Positions 36,451 to 48,700 of a stretch of DNA of 64,000 bases are shown here, piece by piece. The notes under the pieces are model-generated. The model ran no database searches and was not told the DNA's origin. It saw nothing but the letters and a program-made list of their open reading frames with translations. Made by a program: the position numbers and the translations under genes. Position 1 is the first letter of the stretch; the number at the start of each line of letters is the position of its first letter. Source of the DNA: Laetmonice hystrix (taxonomy: Eukaryota); NCBI GenBank assembly GCA_965235115.1, contig OZ249436.1:33420001-33484000 (forward strand), written 5' to 3'.

Positions 36451-38394
36451 ATGAGTTATGGAAGAGGCCCACCAGAAATCCAGGGAATGGTTTCCCTCAA
36501 AGTTGATAATTTAACATACAGGACAACCCCAGAAGACCTGAGAAGATCCTTCGAGAAGTACGGTGAAGTCGGCGATGTCTACATCCCACGAGATCGGTTC
36601 AGTCGGGAAAGCCGAGGGTTTGCATTCGTGCGTTTCTTCGACAAGCGAGATGCCGAAGATGCAATGGATGCTATGGATGGAGCAATAATGGACGGCCGAG
36701 AATTGAGAGTGCAAATGGCACGGTATGGTCGACCCATCGATCCTTACTACAGAAGAGGGCCACCACGGCGAGGGTACAGAAATCGCAGGTATGAAATTAG
36801 TCGAGTGAGCGACATATTGGAAGCCCCCATGACTAGGTATAAATACAGTGATGTGATCGATAGAAAACGGGCAATGTAAGAAAAATACCATTGTAGTTCG
36901 ATAAAAATACTTCTTTTATGTGCACAAATGTTTTTATATAACAGAAATGCCCTGTCGTCGTACCAGATGGAAACGGATTCTTTCAGATTTGCAGGCAAAG
37001 TGTGGACGCCATGTTACTGTTAAGGTCAAGGACGAATGTCTGAGGGTGTGTTCAGAACCGTTCAGAAGCATGCAGGATTTACTTGATTTTACTGGTAGAA
37101 ATTCTGAAGTGTGGTCTAGCATAGAGAATAAAATTGTAAAAATAATTAAAGAAAATTACCTTTTATCAAAATGTGACTGTCTCTGATAAACAAGTAAGTT
37201 AAACTGCAACTTGACTAATTTGTATAGACTGTAGTGGCTCTTTAATGTTATCAGAAGTACAGTGTAAAGTAATACACCTCTCCCTCCACTCCAATATAGA
37301 GCTTTGTCAATGCTATCTATAAAACACCAAATATTTCTCATGGAATTTTGGAAATTTCTCATGGAAAACTCAGGGATTTTGATTTACACAAAACCCTGTT
37401 TTTTGTCACAATCCCTGGCTGGAATTCCATTGATGTAGCCAGCGCAGGTTGTCAGCTTAATTTGAAAGCCTTGTGGTTCATGTCGGGGGATTGTAAATAT
37501 ATTGTTTTTAGTGTCACCAGTGATGAACAGTTTTCTGCCTTGACATTTTTGTGAGAGGTATTGATTAGTCTTTCTGAGGTGCTGTCAATAGAAAAAGAAT
37601 ATTGAAGTTGTACCAATAATTCTGCAAATATTTACTTTTGAACCCTAAACACCAAATTAACATTTCAGGTTCGAGGATAAGCGAAAGTATTTTAAAAATG
37701 GAATGGAAACCCCTCTCTGCTGTCTTTGCTTCCACTCGATTCTGCTGTAATAAAGTATAAAATAAAATAAAAACTCTACCAACCGACCGTATTTTTGAGA
37801 GGCCATAAACCCCTTTTTTGTTAGGCCTGAATTCCTAAGACCCACCAATGAAGAAAAAACTTGGTCTTGATAACCTGAGAGTATTTTGATTAGTCTTACT
37901 GAGGTGAATGGTCTAGGATTGTCTGGACCTTAAGTTACCTGCTGCTCACTTAGGTATGGAAGATAAAAATCTAAGGGGAACATATGCTGATTTCAGCGTG
38001 CGACAATAAGAGAAACCTTGTTGGGCTCTGGTATAATGCCAATGGATGCTTGTTTATGAATAGATCTTATTCCAGGTCATCCTCAAGATCAAGAAGTCGT
38101 TCAACATCTCGCTCCCGGTCACGCTCTCACTCAAGACGGCGATACTCAAGATCTGGGTCACATAGCAGGAGCCGAAGTCGTTCCCGGTCAAGGTCACATG
38201 GTCATTCCCGTCGTTCACGCTCCGCATCCAGATCCAGAAGCAGAAGTCGTAGTGCCAGCAGAAGTCACAGCAAGAGTCCACGAAAAGAAGAACGTAGCAA
38301 AAGCCGCAGCAAGTCTTCGTCCAGAGCTCAGTCAAAGAGCAAAAGTAAAAGTCGCAGTCGATCCAGATCACAGTCCAAGAGTCCAGTGGATTGA
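36451..38394 (+). CDS. SRSF2: Serine/arginine-rich splicing factor 2 (SC35), 2 coding exons, 222 aa
   Basis: Exon 36451-36788 encodes the RRM ([25 protein letters not shown]...RGFAFVRF...[12 protein letters not shown]); exon 38064-38394 encodes the RS domain; GT-AG, phase 2. Confidence 0.97.
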
Positions 38395-41300
38395 AACTCT
38401 TGAGCACGACTGTCAGTTACGGGTGGTTGGAGGGATCTCCACTGCATCAGAACCTTAGGATGAAAGAATGCATACAGGGTTGCAGTAAGCTTGACAAACT
38501 CTTATGAAAAGTGCCTGTCCTGGTTGCAGTGAAGCAATGAATGTCCCAGGTTTGTGTGTGTGCCTGTCCATGGTGCCTGTCCAATTTCAGAAAGGTCCCA
38601 GTGTAACTGAGAGCTGCAGTGCAGTGGAGGCCGCAGGGTTGGAGCTGTCGTATGCAGTAGGAGTTGCAAAGCAGCGCACTGTAGCCTGGCTGGACATGCT
38701 TCAGACAAGGCATGGGGGACGGCACTCCGGGATGAGCTGGGACACAAAAATTATGCCTCCAAATTGAAAGGTTACTATCTGTACATTTTTGTTTGATGTC
38801 TTACCATGATTCATAAGCATTTCATATTAATTTGTCCCATTGTTTGATATTACACGTAAGTGTCGAGTCTTTTAGTCTAAACTCTAGGGAAGATCTGCAG
38901 AAGTCTCACAGGGAATTGTCCCCTTCCGCATGCATGTTGCTTCTCGTATCAAGTGAACAATTGTGTAAATAAGTTATTGCCTTAATTAACAGTGGTCAGA
39001 CATCCAAAAATTACATTCGCACCATTGACTGAGATGCTATGAATGTCAAAGAACTACATCACAAACCTTGCCTATATCTGCAAAATATTGCAGTCCTTAA
39101 ATTTTTTTCATTTTTTTTAATCTGATAGTTCTTAAAAGTTGTGCTTTTAGTTTTCATTGAATAAAGAATACTTGTTCGTCTGCAACCGTATTAACACATT
39201 GTTTCTCTTGTTCTCTGTGCAATGCAGGAGCAGTAAGCAGTAAAAATGCAGTGCAGAATAAGCAGTAAAAACCTGCTGTAGCAGTGAGAGCTGGGGAGCT
39301 GTACAAATACCAGTAGCAAGCTGTTGTGGATGCTGATATGCTGTTTCAAATGGAGCTGCATCGATTGGTCCTGTTCCGAGTGCGTGCTGAGTCGACTCGA
39401 CTATGCTGTTTTCATGGTGCTGGAGCTGAGCAGTCGGGTGCAGCATATCAAACTCCAACCTTCTGGACATTTTAACTTGGATTCATTGAAATGGAAAAGT
39501 TTGGCCAAAGGAAATGTTACAAATTGCTGTAAAATGTGCAAAGCCATACACATAAAATTTGCCTTTTAGTGTGATTTAAGTTCAAAATTTAAACAATTTT
39601 GCTTTGTCAAGATTTGCTGAGACTCGCGAGAAAAGATGTACTGATTGGTTCAACCAGTATATATCGTAATTTCCCCAGTATGTGGTCTTCATTCTGGATT
39701 TAGTAAATATTTATAGCAGCTGGCCGAATTGCTGTGAAATTTTGGAGTGGTTGAGATGCGAAATTTATAATTGAAAAATCTTGGAATTTGTTTGTGGTAA
39801 AGGTATTTCACCATCTATTCCCTTACGGCTTGCCTATTCATAATGGGATGACCCATACCATATATCCTACCAAGATAACTTTCCTAGTGACCCTTCCTCA
39901 TAGCCTCGATATTGTTGGCCTCTGAATTAATGGTCATATCCAATTTTGGCAGTCTTTTGTTGCTCAACCTTGGTGGCAGTGTGGACGTGTTTGATTTACA
40001 GGTGCCATGTATACCTGACGTAAAGTAGACTTGTGCCAAGCAAGTAAGCCATAATTTGTTGGAGTTGGAGCGCTGGACGGATGGGTTTGTTTTTTCTGCA
40101 TGTTTTCTGAGTGCCTTCAGACTTCAGATGTGCATGAAGTGTGGGCGTAAGAATAGGTAAGTTCAATCGTACAGAACAAAATCTGGCCAGTGTAGATCTG
40201 TTAATGTAGTACCTATAAATATAATGCAGTACCAATCGGGTAAGTGGAGTACATAAAGCAGCTATCGTGGATTGCAAACGAGAAAATTTTGTGACGTTGA
40301 CAGGATAAGACAAAGGTGAGTTGCACTTAGACCGTGACCATGTAGCCTCTGAAGAGAACTGAGGTAGGATATGCCAAATCACCTTATCGATTTTATGAAA
40401 TAAAGGATTACTCACTAGCCACATTCTTTGTTTTTGTTGAGCTCCACGTCAGGGTTGAATTGCCAAAAATAATCTGCACTGGTATGTGGCACGACATTTG
40501 TGGTATGCGACGGTTCATCTTCGATTTCTGTAATAATCTACATGTAATTTGTCAGGGCTGCAAGTCCTTGGGTGGGGGTGGAGGGGGCTAAAGCGTCTTA
40601 AGCCCTGTCAGTATTTTTCTGGTTGTGCATAATTTGGAAGAGCACTTGAGCATACACAATTGGTCTAAAAGTACATGAACCTGTAGCTTCGTAATCGTAA
40701 ATAATTATGTAAAAACGTAACTAGTATTTAATGAAATTCTATAAAGCGGCCAGATTATGGTGCAACGGGCAACAGGAATGTTGAATTTCATTAGATTTCG
40801 ACAATGAATCGCTCGATTTATGTCATCTAAAGCCTTTTTAACCTAACCGCAGGCACGGATCCAGAATTTGTTTGGGGGGGGGGGGGGGGGGGGGGGGAGG
40901 TGGGCATAGACTTTAACTAAGATTAGGATATTAAAACTAATCGCGATATTCTTAACTTTAAACAATGCTGCTTCTAGGAATTTTGAAAAAGGGGCCAGAT
41001 CCCCCACCGACTTAAAAAAAATGCGCCTATCATAATTTTTTGGGCCAGATTTGATGAATCAATTTCAAGATCTCCCCCCCCCCCATGGCTACTTTTGAAT
41101 TACCATTCTGATAGAAGCTGTTTTATCAATTCCTACTGTATTAGCAAATTTTTGAGAGGAACACTCGCATTTAAAATAAATATAATATTCTCTTATTCCC
41201 CTTCCTAGTCAAAGTTTAAAAAAAACCCACAAAAACACGAACCAGTAGTGGAAGGCTTTTCTGTCCTTTTTTGGGGGATGGCACCGATTGACTGAAAGAC

Positions 41301-41806
41301 GCACTTATTTATAAACATGAGCCAACATTAGCTGGAATGTGTAACATGTGGCCCAAGCTGAGGGGGGGGGGGGGGCACGTGCCTGAACAGCCCATGTCTA
41401 CAAGTTCGAGTAATTGAGGGAAGAGATGGTCGTTGTTTGCTTAAACCCACTGTCAGGAATGGAGTACAGCGACATGGAAATCACAGCAGTCCATGGTTTG
41501 CTAGGAGACGGGCCCAGTAATGCAGGCTAGAAAGCCGCCAATCTGGCATGTCGTGACTTGTGGCAATATAATTCTATGAGTGAGAATGAGCATGGGCAGT
41601 GGGACTACAATTCTTTTGGATTCGGAAGATTTTTTAAGTGCTGAAGTGCTTTGAAAGGTGATTTGGCGACTTTTATTAATTAAAAAGAAATATATCCACC
41701 AATTGAGGTATGAGGCAGTTCAAACATATTTTTGATATTCAAAATGGCTGCTTGGTGGCATTTGGAGCAATAACTCGGGACAAAATTGAACAAGTTAGCT
41801 GTATAA

Positions 41807-42236
41807 GGGATCATCTCAAAATTCATTGATGCCAAAACAGACGAAATTATTTAGTCTCTCCCTCAACCCCCCTCCCCCATCAAAAAGACTAAAAAGCTAA
41901 GACATTTATTTAGCATCATCGTTTTTGTCTAGAATAAAAGTTGTAAGCTGTGGAGTGAGGTTAGTCTGTTGGACAAACCGGGCCATTATATGTATTTCCC
42001 CAGTCAGAGGCCAAGCTGGGTGGTTTTTTACAGTCCCATTGATTAGCCCTTTTTTAAAGTGATGCCAAAAATATAATAAAAGACGAAATGGCGATAATAT
42101 AAATGTCAACCCCCTCCCCCCAGACGAAATAATTTCGTCTTTTTTTGGCATCAATGAATTTTGAGATGATCCCTAAGTTGGGAAGTCTTAATTTCGTCTT
42201 TTTTTTGGCATCAATAAATTTTGAGATGATCCCTAA
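41807..42236. mobile_element. MITE with TAA TSD (Zator- or Harbinger-type); right TIR tandemly duplicated
   Basis: TAA|GGGATCATCTCAAAATTCATTGATGCCAAAA ... TTTTGGCATCAATGAATTTTGAGATGATCCC|TAA (ends 42173); a second copy of the right TIR ends at 42233. Confidence 0.75.
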
Positions 42237-42748
42237 GTTCGGAAGTTAGGAAGTCTTATTAAACTTCATTTCTCGCTATGTCCGATTACAGTGAGTGACC
42301 TTGTGAGGTCAATCAATTCACGGTCGGGGACATTTTCGATGATTAATATCTCTAAAACACTTCAAGATAACCATAAATAGACTACAAATGATGGATGAAG
42401 ATATATAAAGTTTCTTTGGGACTCATGTATCACGGATATTTTCACATGGACTGTATCTCAAAAATACAAAGTACGCAGGCAGACCCACAGATAATCAGTC
42501 CCTACCCAGTTGGGGGCTGTGACTCCGACAGGGTCTTGTTATCTTGAAAAAGAAAAACCCATGTTACTGAACGAACCAGCATTTTCCCATCAAGAACTTT
42601 AATCCATTGCCATATTAACAATAAACTCTAATATCACTGAAATCTCCCTGTGAAAGGAAATTCATTACAATAAGGAATACGACTGCTCATGTTCGTATGC
42701 ATAATGTCCCTAACGTTTATATGTACACAGTAATGTGAAATGTTTTTG

Positions 42749-45700
42749 TCACGAATCTGAGGTTCTGTGACAAATGCTTGCTTCAGCCGTGTCGTCTTCT
42801 GTATCATCCGTGATGATCATTGGAAGATGTCGTCCATTAGAACACAGTAGACTGTAAGTGGCTCGGTACAGCATCGAGAACAACCTACGACACAGAGTAA
42901 AAGGAAGTCTAAGTCAAACTGTCTTAAGTCGATGTATACGTCTGTATACTAGATTCATGCTATCCTAATTATAATCCGGATGCCACCAAGGTGTGGTAAG
43001 CTTTGAATCTTGGAAACTTCAACACGATTTTCAAGTCGATTTTACCAAAATCCCTTAGTAGTCGCTCATGCATTGTTATGTTTATGATTATGATTATGAC
43101 TACTGGCATTATGACTGCCATATCGAAGTGGAAGCCATTATCAGGCAGGGCCTAAACTTGCCTGTGGCTCGGACCCATGGCAGTCAGTAGTGGAAGAAAC
43201 GTAGTTTCACACATGGTCACCAGGTGTGTCTGTAACTGCAGTAACTGGAGCTGATGGACAAGGCTTTGGTACTGCTCTATATGAGAAACCTTGCGGTATC
43301 TCATTGTCCTTGGTACAGCGAGATATTCTGGAAGGCAATCATGTAGTTCACACATTATTTATAGACCAACAAGTAAATTTTTACATTTAAAACAAAAAGC
43401 TTTAATCATATATAAGGTAACATATAAAGCCAACGGATTATTAAGGACTCACATCATCCCTCATGACTGCCCTTGTACTATTGTCGAATATGAAAGTTTG
43501 TTTAGCCAGCCTGGTTTGACCTCTTTAATCGATTGTTGATAGAGAAGAGATAGTGGTCACTCTTGTCATGTTTGAAAGAAATGTATTGATTGGTTTTGTA
43601 TTTGAAGTTGTGATCTATTCTGATCAACAGTCAATACTAAAAGGTGAAAGTTTAATCATGCTAAAATTAATCCTAGTAAGGAAAAACGCAGGCACATAGA
43701 TTTTAGCACAGTAATTAATATAAAGTATTCGTAAATTAAACTTTACCTGTGGCAGATGGTTGAGGAAGCCACAGAATAGAAGGTTGGGCCTCCCAGGATG
43801 GGGACACAACTTTAGTTTGTCCTTTGTCATCAATCGTCTGTCCAAAGCCTTGCAAAGAGAAAATTATTACACCTGAGGACAATAGAGGTAAGTTTTTTGA
43901 GTTAGGAACTATGTATACACATCTCCATATTTATGATCAAATGAAAAGGGCAGTTGGTATAATATACCTGGTTAATGTACACACTATCAAAAAGACATGA
44001 AACCAATGCCTGACAGGCTTTACTAGAGTGGGTTCACGGAGATCCTACCACTCACAGTCTAGTATATGGTTGTAATTATCTTCCATATCAGCAAATGCAA
44101 GACAGATATTTTCCATAGTCCTCTTGACCCTCAGGACCTCCTGCCAACTGCTAGTCACTAGAAACAGATAAGAAAGTATTGCTTTATTAATTTAATATAA
44201 TGTCACTGGTATTACCAATAGCATTATCGGCAGTCATAAAAATTACATTCCCCTCTACCTGAAAGGGCAGGCGCTTCTTATCTGCTCTCCGTTCTTACGT
44301 ATGTCCTTATGTATGTCCAACGGCAGCGAATATTTTCTATGTAACTTTGCATGTACATGTGTAGTTACTTACCTTGCAGGTCAACTCCCTGGTATTTACC
44401 CATTATCCCACAGTAGCACTTGTAAAGGGCAGTCATCTGGACAACCATCTTGAAAATGTTTCCAGCTTCTGCTTCCTGGCTGTAGTACTGGTATCAAGTA
44501 GTTAAGTTCCTCCTTATGATTTGTCATGGTTGTCATTTAGGCAAAGTTAATACATGTATCTGAAGCACAAGGTTTTGATAAGTAAGAACCAGTATGATCT
44601 TGGTTCGTCATAAAAAGGATACATGGGCATTCAGTTTTTCAAGAAACCAGCCTGCTGAAGAGATGTCCTCTTTTGCATGAACTGTAACAGCAGAAGTTTG
44701 GACTTGCTGGCGAAGTTTCCGGTTGCTTGCAATAGCACGGCGCAACTTTACAGGCACCGTCAATGATCCACTAGAAGTAAGCATTGACCATTCTTAAAAT
44801 GCTGAAATGATTCCCAGTCATTACTGCTGAACATTTGTTTTGTAAAAAGGTAAAAGTAGCAAAACATCTTGATAGCTTCTCAGTACATAAGATATATGTA
44901 CTGAGAAGCTGTTTAATCATCAACATTATATATTAAACACTGAAGTGACGGAAAGAGCTTTTGGAAACTTTTGTTCACTCATACTGAGACCTTCCAACAA
45001 GACTGACTGGAATTTGCAACTTGTATCATGAAATTCTCTCCAAATCCAAGTGAAATATTATACCAGATTCTCTCTGATATAAAAATCGGTACTTGCCCTT
45101 CACTGAGTAGATCAAAAGGCATGGATTTCTCTACTGGACAGTTTTGCTTTTCCTGTTCATTTAAGTTGTGACTTGTTTGTAAATCTTTCGTTTTGGGCAT
45201 TGATGTGTCTTTGTCAAGCTCAAGTTTCTCCATGTCATTCATAAGTTTTTCAGTCTTGTCTGGTTGTCTGTCCTGGTTCATGGTAAAAACAGATGAAGAG
45301 TCAGCGCTTTGATCAGATTCTCTGTTCATATCACCTGTTCTACGTGATAAAACCATGGTATTTGTTTGTCTGGTGACGTCCTCTACGTGTTGCTGACTCG
45401 AGGTAGGTTTTAGGGCCTCATGTTTTTTTTTCTCTGTCCTGTGAACAGAAACATTTGTTCTTGTAGTCTTCCTGGATCCTCCTCGCTGGGATAGAGGGGG
45501 ATCCGTTTTAAAAGGGGCTGTGCTGTGAGCTGGAGTGTACCTGGATTTCCCTGCACTGCTGGTTTGGCCTAACACCTTTTTCAAAGAAGACTGTGATATC
45601 ACGCCTACAGTTGCTATTCCATCAGTTGGCCTGCCTGTCATTGTAGTACCTCGTCCATCTGTTTTTCCTGACAGGTTTGTTCTTGCTTTGTTATTATTTA

Positions 45701-48700
45701 GTTTGCTTTCAATACGACTGTGGCTTGGGAAAGTTCTTGACCTGTCACTTGCAGAAGAGATTTTCCGACCATGATATGACTGCATTTCCTTAACTGGCGC
45801 CGTACCTGCAGGTGGTTGCTGTTTATGAGATGCCGACTTCAAGTCAGACACAGCAGAACTTGTTCTGGTTGGAAGACTATCGGCAGAATTATTGATGTTT
45901 GGGTTTTTTTCATTTACAGTGTCGCCCCTTCTGGGTGAATTTACTTGATTATTTGTTGCTTTGTTCAGTGACGACTCTTTTTCCAATAACTGAAAATACA
46001 TGCCATACATTAAAATGTAATTTGAAAACACAGTGAAAGAAATCATTAGAAATATACTATTACAATATAAGAAAATTTTGTTATGTGATTTTCAGAATAC
46101 ATTATCATTGGGCAATACCCTGCAAAGTTCTAGCTCACCTTAGCCTGCTTACATCTCATCTTCTGAGCTTGGACCAGTGCCTTATCTGCAAGCTCTAATG
46201 CTGCCAATTCACTGGCAGACATTGTCTGTGTCGTAGTATCTCCTGGAGCAATGGTATTGACAATCACATCAGTATAAGACCCATTTGAATTATGAATGTA
46301 CCAGTAATTGTCCAGCTAGCCCATGTTTAAAACAAAGCTTTTATTGCCTAGTGTATCTAAGTTTGATGACCAATATCCCATTTGCCAGGAAATACTGAAA
46401 AATTAAGGTGTGAAAGATAAACATCCATGATTGTTTTATCATAAAATTTTCTATATTTTATAGCTTTCACTATGTTTGAGACCATGTTAAATTACCTTCC
46501 AGGCCAGTGCTTGTAATGCCTGTTTTTGGTTGGTCCTTGCATTGACTTGGCTCTTCTCTGCTTTCCTGAGGCCTGTCATTTTAAAAGAAAGACAATTATT
46601 TAAATTTATTAGTACATGTACCTCACTGCAATTGTGCAAAGACACACACCATAGTCATCTATAAATTTATTGTAATATGTGGGGTTTCACCCACAATATG
46701 TCTTTATTGCTCAATTACTCAATTACATTTGTGACCATCAGGGAAATATTACTGCTGTCTATTCAAAGCATATAATAAAATGAACATGATAAACATTCAG
46801 TGCCATAGTAAAGCCACAGAGTAAAGCACATCAATGGTAAGCAAGTAATCATTAATCTAGAGGTACCTGTTGATTCATAGCAAGAGACCCTCCCTTTTAG
46901 AAACAAGCACTTAAATTAAAACTCTTCTTTTTCCAAATTTTCAAAGACCTACTGTGGTTAAATGGAAGGTTAATCACAATAATCTGCACAAAGTGTTGAA
47001 AAACACTTTTATCAAGATCTTATTTGACCATATGGTTTGGTGGGTGATATATAGAACAGATAAATCATACCCTAAATTAGGTACAAATACAGGGATCTGG
47101 CTGGAGTTTGTGTGTCATGAGAGAATATCTCATATAATAAATGTTGAAATCGATGACATTTTCAGATTTTAAATGAGAGTATTTCAAAGTGACAAAGATT
47201 ACAACATTAATGAGATATTACCATACTGTAACAACTGAGCTGTACTTCTGTTGAGAAAACAATGTTTGGTGTTTATGTCATGTTTATGTCATGTTTATGT
47301 GTGGATCGCCATGGATTGGCAGCATATATGTATGAAATGGAAACCATCCATTATAATTCAATTGAGGAAGGAGGGGATTCTGGGGCCCGTCTTACTAAGA
47401 ATTTTGTCCCCAATTGGGGACATCCCTGAATCTTGGATGTCCCAGCAACATCCCCTGTCTTACTAACAGGTCACCGATTGCCGCTTAGACTGATAATTTG
47501 CCCAGCAGAGAAACTTAAAACACGCTTTTTAACACCCCTTGTAGACGTTTGCTTCATGGCGACAACAGGCAACTGAAATGTTGAATTTCATCATTTCTCC
47601 ATTTGTGTGGGTAATCTAAACAGCCCATGTCTGCATTTTGGAGTCATTGTACAAGAGAGGTAGCCTACTCGATGATTCTTTTAACTTTAACTTTAAGGTT
47701 TATGCAATAATGGTGACCTACCATGATTGAAACAGTTTGTGACAGTCCTTAATAACATTGGTGCACTGCAACTTCCTTGTCGTGGATACATGGTAAACCT
47801 CCAAAAGATGGTCTAGAATCCTGAAAGAGCAAGCATATCCTGTAGGTCCACAAATTCGCACACCTAAGGCTAAGGCCTCTATATCTATAATTATAGTATA
47901 AGCCTTGTTTTGCTGCACAAGAGCACTGGTTAATTGTTGAAAATAATCAAATGACAACAATATTAAGCTTTAATTTGCCGGCTGAAACATCGCAATGATG
48001 CAAAGTTTATATACAGTGTTCGAAATTCGGGCCTTTGAATCGGTGGTGCCGATTCACAATGCCTCAGGCAGATTCAGTTCGTCAAAATTTTAAGTGGAAT
48101 CGGCCCCACCCCAAATTTGGCTGCTGAAATGTCCCTTACTATACCTAAGGAGGTCACAACAAGAGCAATATCTCAAAGAATAAAGAATGTGTGTAAGAAG
48201 GCAGAGCATACCCAAGCAGAGCAATATCTCAAAGAAAAGAATGTGTGCAGAAAATGTTAATGTGGCATTGTTTTCAAAGGGCCAGTTCAAACACAGCAGG
48301 GCCAGTTCAAAATAGAACACCTGGCCAGTTCAAAAAATACATCTGGGCCTGTTCATTTTTTTAATGAATTTCAAACACTGGATTAACCTTGCAGGGTTCG
48401 CGCTACCCACTCGCCAGTGGCGACTGATCGCCCTATCTGGTGAGTCCAACACTTGCTTTGGCGAAACGTAAATGGCAAACTGGCTAAACGTTGGAAAATG
48501 TTGTCATAGAATAGAAATAGCTCTAACACTGATTTGGTTGTAGGTCAAGGGTCGAGGTGTCATGATTTATGAGTGACCCCAAACTTTGCACACCGTGACA
48601 TTACAAATGCTTTTCCTATGGTGAGAGAGCTTGTGAGGACTGATTTGATGGCACTGGGGGAGATGACTAAAATTTGACAGCTGACTAAATCTTGTTTGTA

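Noticed and set aside
36789..36879. ORF-track extensions of SRSF2 exon 1 (and similar run-ons at 50794-50949 and 44979-45096)
   Set aside because: Read-through into introns past the splice donors.
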